Assembly (NCBI GenBank): GCA_964035545.1
Contig: OZ037767.1
Span: 24,258,628-24,322,627 of the forward strand
Origin: Bugula neritina
Lineage: Eukaryota > Animalia > Bryozoa
Reading direction: 5' to 3'
DNA length: 64,000 nucleotides
The notes under the pieces are model-generated. The model did not search any database. It saw only the letters and a program-made list of their open reading frames with translations, and had not been told where the DNA came from. Shown in pieces: positions 54,504 to 64,000 of this stretch. Numbering within the stretch: the stretch's first letter is position 1; each line of letters starts with the position of its first letter. Both the position numbers and the translations under genes were made by a program.

Positions 54504-56644
54504 TATTATGTAGTATATATACTATATTACTGACTTTTGCAACTGCAAGTTAAATATGATTGAAAATAAATTTTACAAGTCAACACGGCTGTTGCTTTTA
54601 CAATTAATGTGTTTTTCAAGAAAAAAAACTTTACAATACATAATATTATGCATACTCTTAACGTATGTTATAATATAGCCTATTTTGGGCTGTACTTTGT
54701 GCAGGAGACTTTAACCTTGTCTAAATAATATATTGGTCATATTTCTGATATAACTCTAAGTTATGTTATAACAAATATGTTACATATAAACAAGCAAGGC
54801 ATCAACTTACAATAGCATAACACAACAATGCATAGACAAAAAGTATATGATATAAGAACAGGCAAAATGTATAAGTTTGTTTCCTTGACTGAAGCTCACA
54901 GTGTAACTCTTCAACTGGCTGCTAAAATTTTTACTTTTTGTTAAAGGTGATGTTCAAACACAACAAGATTTTAGCAATGAAGTCCAATAAAGCAGAAAAA
55001 AACACAAAAACCCATTTTTCATATCTTAAATAACTAACTTTGTTCAAATTACACTAACCTCTCATAGGATGTTATTATTCCAGATGCGGCAGAATAAAAG
55101 CAGTCTAATCTAAGAGACAGCTAATAGAACGGCTATAAGCTAGCTTTATAAACATACCATAATCATGACACACATTCAAATAAACTACTATAAAAGATCC
55201 AAAAATAAAAGTTTATGAAATTATTGTTTCTGCTTATATTTATAGTCAGCTGGTACTATCTGTTGCATGTGTTGGTATGTTTGTGCCTATAATTTTAAAA
55301 CAAGAAGGAAATAAACTAATGGATCACGTTTCTTATATCTATTTCGCAACAAGATATTTTACATTGTCATTAATAATAATTGACACTACATGTAATGTAG
55401 TTGAATGAATATATGATACTTATATATCCAGATTAGCCTTATACTTAAGGACGGCTAAATATTTTCCCATTAGGCAGTTTTGCATATTTTATGTTAGCAA
55501 CAATATTGCTCAATTTATTTAACAGCATAGTTATGATCTATTTCAAAATATTTCATATTCCATATGCTACTTTAAACCAACTGCTTAAAAAAACTGGTTT
55601 TATGGGTTTTTCTCATCCATTAGCTTGTTTGCTGGTCAGTTAAACCATCAGCAACATAGTTTTAGAGGGATCGTTCTTTATGCAGTGGAAACCCCAGCTA
55701 GGCTTTGTCTGTAATTTGAATGTGTCTAGTTTGCCCTGGATTGGCTTATTTACCTTTCTACAATATATAATCTTAATGACTATGGGAACTATATGATACA
55801 TACATGTTTGTTGAATTATTTGATAATCAGTCTGCTACGTTGTGTGACTAAGCAATGAAATAATATTTATTTCAGTTTCAAACTGGATATTAAAAACTCC
55901 AAAGAGAAATATGTCGAGTCATAAAATACATACAAACATAATATATATAGCATGGGGTCTATAGATAACGTGGTCTAATGATATTTTTATGCTATTCAGC
56001 AACCACAGGCATTTTTCTACTGCTTTGTGATGCTGAACATGAGGTATATTGGATAAGTAACGTCAAATTTGACCTTTAATATTAGTCTGTTAAGAACGTC
56101 ACATTGTACAATAAATAAAACATGACTAAGTTTGAACGAATGGATACACGTTGGATTTAGTGTGGTTACCATGGTAGCATTCGTGCTGTCTGTTGATGTT
56201 TGATGAATGATCACATGACATACACGTGGTCCGGAGAAGCGTTCAACCGCGACCTCAAGTAGCCACTGCTCAGCACGCACATGTTCTTATTACTAAGTCA
56301 TAAGTGAGTTCTATGGACTGGTGTACCAACGTAAGTATGCTTCAGTTTCTCTTTTTTGCTGGAATTCTTCAGGTTTTTTGCTTAAATTAATTACATTTTA
56401 GTAATAATCAACATAATTAGCAGTGAAATACTATAAATGTGTAAACCTCAGTTTGGCCCTACTTGTAGCCTTTGTAGGCTTTCAAGTTTTAACTCGAGTT
56501 TCAAAAGCAAGTACTTTGCAAATCTATAACGATGGACACGAACCTTATTTAATACAGAAATCCTGCAAAATAGTTAAATATAGATTTGTTTGCACCTTGC
56601 TCAAGCATTGGAACTTGGCTTAATACTTAGGAATTACTCTACTG

Positions 56645-56945
56645 CTGCTGCTACTACTAGCCCACTGTCTGAGTACAGTGATTAGCTACTACCACAACTG
56701 CTACTAACTCACTAACTGGTGACTACTACCACAACTGCTACTAACTCACTAACTGACTAGTGACTACTACCACAACTGCTACTAAACCACTGGTAGACTA
56801 GCTACTACCACAACTGCTACTAACCCACTATCTGACTAGCTACTACCAAAACTGTTACTCCCACTAACTGACTAATATACCATAACTGCTATACTAACCC
56901 ACTCACCAACTAACTACTGCCACAACTGTTACTAACTGACTAGCG
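56645..56945. repeat. Degenerate minisatellite (gactactaccacaactgctactaactcact-type units)
   Basis: About 7 units visible. Confidence 0.8.
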
Positions 56946-57634
56946 GACTCATTACTTTTCCAATGAGTAATAATACTTCTATATGCTGTACTCTCCAGTG
57001 TAGTGTAACTGAGGCTACTGTCATCCCTGCATGCTGCTAGGTACAGAGGAATACATTTCTTCTTTGTCTGGGTTTATAATTTTGGTTTCACATTAGAATT
57101 GCTTTATTTTAATGTCATAAAATTTCTCGTGCTACAAAGTTTTACTAGAACTGGTGCTGTTTAAAATAATGTGCCCATCTTACTACATGACACTATACTC
57201 TGACAAGTTCGCTGGTTGTCACTTTACTGATTCTACTCAATATATATAAATATTTTTGTTTTACTCAATCATCTTCTTAGTAATGGTTTGAAGTCTGGGT
57301 GCAAGATCTTCTATCCAAGAGCATACAACTTCTTCTACAACTAATTTCATCAGCTATGAGATATTGTATGCCATACAGTTCATTTGTTTCTTTCTTATCT
57401 ATCTAATATCCTAAATAATGGCAGTATTTCAATAAATTATGTCCTTTTAATATCAATATAATAAAAACGTTTTGTTTTGGACTCTAACTACAAACAAGTT
57501 TTATAGTTACAAGGATCAAACCAGCTTTCTGGAAGCTTCTACATTTTCACATTAATTCTGTTACTGCTCCAAACGCTGCTGTTAATGTCTTTTCTTATTT
57601 GTACTACAGGAAGAAGCAGAATGACAGTTCGGAA

Positions 57635-60600
57635 ATGTGGCTGACAATAAACTACTATATCTTATGCATCTCATTGCTCTCATGGCGACTATCCTGTGAG
57701 CTAATAGTGAACAAAGATGGGTAAGATAGCATTTAGGTGCAGTTGAAAAGAAGTTTTCATAGACCAAGTTTTTTATGAAATTTGGTTTGGGGCGCAGGCT
57801 GAAATTCTCGTGAGAACATAACTTTCTTTGCTACATTTTTCATCTAGAATACAGGCTTTTCCCAATTTCTTCTCTATTACTGCACCTACCTCTCAGTCTC
57901 TAAGATAACAGAAGTTGGTTATATTGATCTGTAACCTAAAAAATCATCTAAAACAAGGATATAGCTTTTATTAGCTTTTATTAACACTGCCATAAGTAAT
58001 ACAGATTACAGAATGAAGACCTTACACAATAATGCTTATAAGGTATTGCCAAGTTGTCATTATAGTAACAACCACTTAAGTCTTTCCTCCTCTACATACC
58101 ATTGGAACAAAACAAAATAAAGTTTACATCATATTCTGTCTTGTCACATTTAAAATCTATACCATTCATCCTGCCAGAAAGGAATTGTATACTAATATAA
58201 AGCTGTGCCGCCTTGTAAATATATCTATGTATTCCAGCATAAGTAAAACGAATAAGGGCAGTTCCATTACTCTTTTACATAATTAAAGCTTTCGAATGGA
58301 ACAAAATGGCCAGTAGCTCTGTTCACATTGAAATACAAACTCGAAGGCATTAACCTGTAGCTGTGCAGTAATTATATGTAAATTATACCGGAATGCAAAC
58401 TTTAGTTTTGAAGTTAGCCAACCATGCATAACACTATCTAAGAGTATTAAACTTTTATTTGTATTGCCGGTTTTTAGACAAATATATTTACACAATTACG
58501 AAACCTTATATGTCATGTAATTAGGCAGATTGATATATATTTTTTTTAATTTTTCTTCCTGTTTTATCAAACATAGCCACGAGTATAGTATGCTATCAAC
58601 AGTACATTCTTTATAGAATTATGGTCTGATATACTGTATATTTATTCTTATTCATAATACATATAATTATGTTATTATTGAGCTAAAGGGTATTCCTTGT
58701 GTGGTCCATCTTTATAGCTTCTCTAGGTGTAGATCTATTTGATAACTTGATATAAATAATCTTTATAGTTACAAAATAGTTTTCATCAGTTTTTTTGTTG
58801 TTTTTTCACATTCTATTGAACAATGTATTATTAGTGGAACAGTTTTTACCAAAATTACTAAATAATACTATCGATTTTTTTTATAAAAATGGTGCTTCAT
58901 GTTTTAAATAAGAGAACAAATATGACAACCCTTAGTTTTGATGTAAACTTTGAAGAGTTCGTGAAAACTACTAGCTGTGGAATTTTAAGTGTTTTACAGT
59001 TTTAACCATTTGCTTTCTCTTATAACACCATATTTGAATATTACACATTTTTCCTATTTTCCAGTGCTTATTAAATTTACATTTGATGTAAACCGTCACG
59101 TAGCCGTGCATTTATTTCACACTCAAACTACTAGCATCGCTTTGTCGTTTGGCTGCCAACTTTTCAACATTTTATTACATTGTTATTTTCAATTTATAGG
59201 CGAGCTGTTTTGACGTTCAGTGATTTGGAAAAAGTACCTCTGGCTGATGGGTATTCGTTCGGTACCATCATATCCATTGTTGAAGATGAGCTCAACCCCG
59301 GGGCTTACTTATTTGGGACTCTCAGCAATGTTGCTCTGCTAACCGCTAATAAGACGATTCATATGGTTGCTGGTAAGACTCCATGTTCCTGTTACTTCAT
59401 AAGTTTAATGCTTTCTGGTGTTTGGTACATATATATATATAGACCATGGCACCTGCAGGCCTATATTCTATCAGTGTTTCCTTTACCTGCGAGATTTATG
59501 TGCAGAATTTTCAGTCTTATGAATGGCATAAAAATTAGGAGCCAAAAGAATCAGGAAACGGGTTGTTAATTATTTTTAACTTTTATTAAAGTATAATGGC
59601 TGGCCTTTTTTGCATACTTCGAAGTGTCTATTAGTTCATTCTTGAAATCCTGAAAACAATTAAAAAGGTAGAACTTGATTTCGTAAAGCTTCTGCTACTG
59701 ATGTTTTGGATAACAAAATCTACATTCATATACTAGCCTTAGTTATGCAGCCGAGAGCTACTTTATTAGGGTGTGTACTGATTGTCCCGAACTTAGTCTG
59801 AGGACTTGAACCAGATCTGACTCAGCATAATTTCACCTTTGGGTACACGTAGTGTAGAGCATTACTAAACATTCTCTCACAATTGGTAATAAATTAAGAT
59901 GTAAACATGTGACACAATAAGATGAATAATTTAATAATTAGTACCAGCATTTCTGGCTCGAGTAATTACCTACCAAATGACATTACTGATTACAAAGCAA
60001 AATGTAGATGGAAGTATGTGATGCACATGGAAAATATCAGGAACTACCTATACATTCACTACTAATGCGATAAGTGATTAAGTTAAACCTAGTTCACTTC
60101 AGACTAGAGATTTTAGGGCCTTGTAGTTCCCTACCTGGTGGGGGAATTTTAATTTTTTAGGGGGAAAATTTTATTTCTAAAAATTTCACTTAGTTCATTA
60201 AGGATTTTTGAATTTTTGTCTCACTTTTCAAGTTCCATGTAGATCTAAGCTCCATGTATATCTATGGCACCTTTATCTTAATTCATCTATTTATCAGTGC
60301 CACATTTTACAATTTTACAAAAGCATCAGCTGCAGCTATCATATTATTAAAGTAATTAAACTGTTGTGTGTTTTATACATTCATAAAAATATTGCAACCA
60401 TTATATTTTAATCAAATCTAGTGGAAAGTATAGATTTTCAGCCTAATATAATGTTGTGTCAGTCTTTTTAAAGTACATATCAATTGCAATTTTTAAAAGA
60501 GTGGAAATTAATAGTAAACATTTATGAAAGGGGGAATGTTATGAAAAAGGTTGGAAACCACTGTTTTAGGCTTTCCTTAGCCAACACAAGGTGTGAAAGT

Positions 60601-63342
60601 TCTACATTTGAAGCAATTAAATACTATACTGTCAATAATGTTGCTAGATTAGAATCAGACATTGCATAAACCATCTGAACTTATTTCAGTATAACACCTC
60701 AAATATATATACCTGGACAAGCTTGGTTTGAATTATTACTTAAGTTGCGTTTATACTTTCATGATTTTCAGTCAGAATTTCAATTTGCCCGAGTTAAAAT
60801 TTCACCAAGTTGCATTGCATTGTAAAAGCCACTCGGTGAAATTTTTGTACTGTGATAACTTAATAGGCCGAGTTTAGAATAATAATAATAAAAAAGAATT
60901 ATAACTCTTTGTAAATGTCGGTATTTAATTATGACTTTGGCAATTAGAAGGACGTACCTATATGTTTATAACTATATATCGCTTTTATGCTGTCAACTTT
61001 CCTAATTCACAACGGTTTTAAAGGGAATCAAATAGCAATTAGGCGAGTCAGATTTCACTATTAGAAAGTAAGCTCCTGCATCGATATGATTTCACTGAGT
61101 TTCAGTTTGACTATGAAGGGGTACTCAGACTCAGAGTCTGCAAAGCAACTACTCTCTCATGAGTTAAGTATACAGGTACCGTATCAACTTGGAATTACAG
61201 TTTACCATAAAATATAAACTTCAGACGACAAATATATCATTGAAAATGCTATCCTGCTAAAGTTGCGTTTATACCTCTGCTGAAAAAAAGTACCAAGTTT
61301 CAGTTAATATTTACATGTAGTGCCCGTGCGTTATATTGTACAGAATAGACTGTAACAAACCAGTTAGGTCCAACTGGCTAATCAACCAACTCTTCTTAAT
61401 TAAATACTTATGTTTATTGGAATACAATGCTGTGTTACGGGAAGAACTGTTTTGTTGGCTTTTGTTCCTTTTTGCTATATTTAGTCTAAAGTAAAGAAAA
61501 AATACATATAACTAAAAAAACAAGTATTGTTAACAAGGCTCTTATATGGTGAGATAGCACTACAAATAGTTGGGTGCACAATGGTTGACAGTTGATGACA
61601 ACTTTTATTAAATGGGTTTAACTCCAACAGTCTAAGTGTCTTATTTTAATTTATCAATTTAGATGTGTCATTAGGTAGTTACTTGGCTCATGCTTCAAAC
61701 AAGCCTCTTTCTCCATGGCTCTAATTAAATTTGGCAGTTGTTTCCACATTGAAACTTGACTCTTTCATGACCTACATAGGTTTTTGGGTGTACTTTTGAT
61801 ATTGAGATGGTTAATATCGAGTTTATTGTAAAACTATCTTGTGTAGGTCAAGAAAACAATTCGGGATTTCAGAATGGGAACTTGACTGAATCGTTATTCA
61901 CCACCGTTCAGGATATAACACACTACAATAGCCCGTATGAGCTAATTGTCATGGATAGCAACAACCACTGTGTCAGAAAAATTAATAGACTAACTAATAG
62001 AGTGACTACATTTGCTGGGAAATGTGAGGAGAGTGGTAACGTGACCAGCTCCCTCTCAGCTAGCGCCACTAGAATGGAGCATCCCACCAAATTATTGTAT
62101 ATAAAAGAAGAAAGAATATTTTATTACTTGCTACGACAATCAATTCTGAAGCATGACTTAAAAACAGGTGAGTTTTGAGTTGAGCGTTTAAGTTAGGTAT
62201 AAGATTATACTGTTTACCCAGCAGCTTTCTTGGTAATGACCGACTAAGTCACAGCCTGATATACATACATAATATTTTTAGGAAATGAATTATTTGCATA
62301 ATATGTGTTATGATGGTTTACTTTTCTGCCGAACCATTTCAAGACATTAACTTCATGTAGGTCATTGAATTTCCTATAAACATTAACTTTTTACGTAGGC
62401 TGGCTAAAATAGATTATTACGTTTCCAGTTACAGCTAAGCTGAATTACAATAGCAGATATGTATATCAAATGGATTTGCCATTTTAAGGAGCTTTAGCAT
62501 TAAAAAATGCTTTTTGTTTTCAAATAGAAATAAAGGAGTCTAAAAATAACTTAACAGTCTCATACTATCACTCTATTATTATTATTATTGGCACTTCATA
62601 GAATAATACAACGCTTACCTAGTCTCATCACCTGTATAGGGTTAAGTTGAATATAACCAAGTTATCAAGTGTTACTGCTCTACATTTAAATCTAAAAGAG
62701 AAATGTCTGTAGATAGTATGGAAACAGCTTTCACTGCTCATGCTTTGTAATTGATTAAAATTATAACACAATTCTTTTTTATTTGTTGATGATGAAGAAC
62801 CAACTTGTAGTTAGTAAAGCAGAGAGACTAAAGCTATTGGACTAAACATAATGTGATTAGTTGTTATATATCTACCACACATAAGGCATAGTGACTACTA
62901 TACTTGTGTGCTCGTCAACATTATTTGGTTTAGTGATTCACTTATACAATGTACATGCATATTGTACATGTATAACGTATATGTATATATAATGTACATA
63001 CATAGTGTACATACATAGTGTACATGTATAGTGTACATACATAGTGTAAATACATAGTGTACATACATAGTGTATATGTATAGTGTACATACATAGTGTA
63101 CATACATAGTGTACATGCATAGTGTACATACATAGTGTACATGTATAGTGATGTGTATAACTTTGTAGATAGGATTACTCTGATGTACAAATCCAAAGAC
63201 AACTCTTTCAGATTAGCCAACTCCTTTGTGATAACCCGAGATCTTACATACCTTTATGTGGCTCATGTGGGAGGGGTGTGGAAATTCAGCACTGACACCT
63301 GGGAGCCCAGACTAATAGTCAGTGCTGACACAGCACAGGCAT
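57635..63342 (+). CDS. Secreted NHL-repeat (beta-propeller) protein, 3' part beyond the window
   Basis: Exons 57635-57720, 59200-59372, 61847-62167, 63169-63342, in phase. Signal-peptide-like MWLTINYYILCISLLSWRLSC; NHL-type VAGQENNSGFQNG...LIVMDSNNHCVRKINRLTNRVTTFAGKCEESG. Confidence 0.8.
57733..57892 (-). mobile_element. MITE family A, copy 4 (reverse orientation)
   Basis: taggtgcag ... attactgcacctacctc; reverse complement of the family A core. Confidence 0.75.
60119..60563. mobile_element. hAT-like non-autonomous DNA transposon
   Basis: Right end aaaaggttggaaaccactg; degenerate left end ccttgtagttccctacc; 8-bp flanks ttttaggg / ttttaggc (7 of 8 match, TSD-like). Confidence 0.55.
62950..63150. 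repeat. 16/12-bp minisatellite (agtgtacatacat)
   Basis: Direct; abuts the acceptor at 63168. Confidence 0.9.
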
Positions 63343-63389
63343 GTAAGTCACAAGTTGACTGGCTATCAGTCTAGTTATTAGCATGTCAT

Positions 63390-63482
63390 AGTAGTGGTTG
63401 TGGTGATGGTTGTGGTTGTTGTGGTGATTGTGGTTGTGGTGGTGGTTGTGGTTGTTGTGGTGGTGGTGTTGGTGGTGGTGGC
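63390..63482. repeat. (GGT/TGT)n low-complexity repeat
   Basis: Direct. Confidence 0.85.
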
Positions 63483-64000
63483 TGCGGCATTAAAGTTTGG
63501 AAATTGAGTTTAAAAATTTTTGGAGTATATCGGTTTTCAATATTTTTATAGGCCAAGCAATCTAAGATAGCTGGTACAGCTGGTGTGATAAATTGATGCT
63601 CTCTGTTAAAGGAAACAAATTCCATTGTTTTTGTTGGTGAACAAGGAAATGACTGAAGAAAGCTCTTGATTTAGATTTTGTAAAGGAAACCAACCATCTA
63701 GTCAAAGCAAGCTGTGAATGCAAATGGAACTCCAAACTTTATCTGTAGCTTAATTTTTAGGCTACCTCTTTGGACTAGGTTAACTGCAAATTTACCCATC
63801 ATTCTTAAATCTAGTTGTTAAAATTGCTGTTGAAGCATTTATTATGCAAATCTGATTTCAACTTCCACTTGCTCTAAATATTACAAGTCATTGCAACTTG
63901 CTAATACGGTTTGTGTTGACAGATGGTGGGCTAAACTGCTTCCACTTATAAACACACAAACAATTGTTTTTTACATCTTAAACTATATTGTAACTTCACG

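Overview
AT-rich, intron-rich animal (invertebrate-looking) genomic DNA; no prokaryotic, CRISPR or rRNA features. Manual splicing gives eight protein-coding genes, all with GT-AG introns and consistent phases. In order: SLC12A9 (minus, 17 exons, 3' end outside the window, one U12-type intron); two tandem galactose mutarotase (GALM) paralogs (minus), one canonical and one intact but lacking the catalytic Glu; PAK1IP1 (plus, WD40 domain in one 999-nt exon); a Tctex-1 dynein light chain gene (5 exons, mostly missed by the ORF track); an LRRC74-like LRR + EF-hand gene (14 coding exons); a 141-aa secreted Cys-rich precursor; and a secreted NHL-repeat protein running off the end. The precursor (52376-54503) is the most striking item. 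It is not assembled in the ORF track and is built like a prohormone: KR/GKR sites separate a small amidated peptide, a 4-Cys module, a pyroGlu/amidated three-disulfide WAP-derived peptide and an antistasin-type inhibitor domain. Introns and intergenic DNA carry MITEs, LTR-like and SINE-like remnants and many minisatellites. All gene models are by eye and need transcript confirmation.
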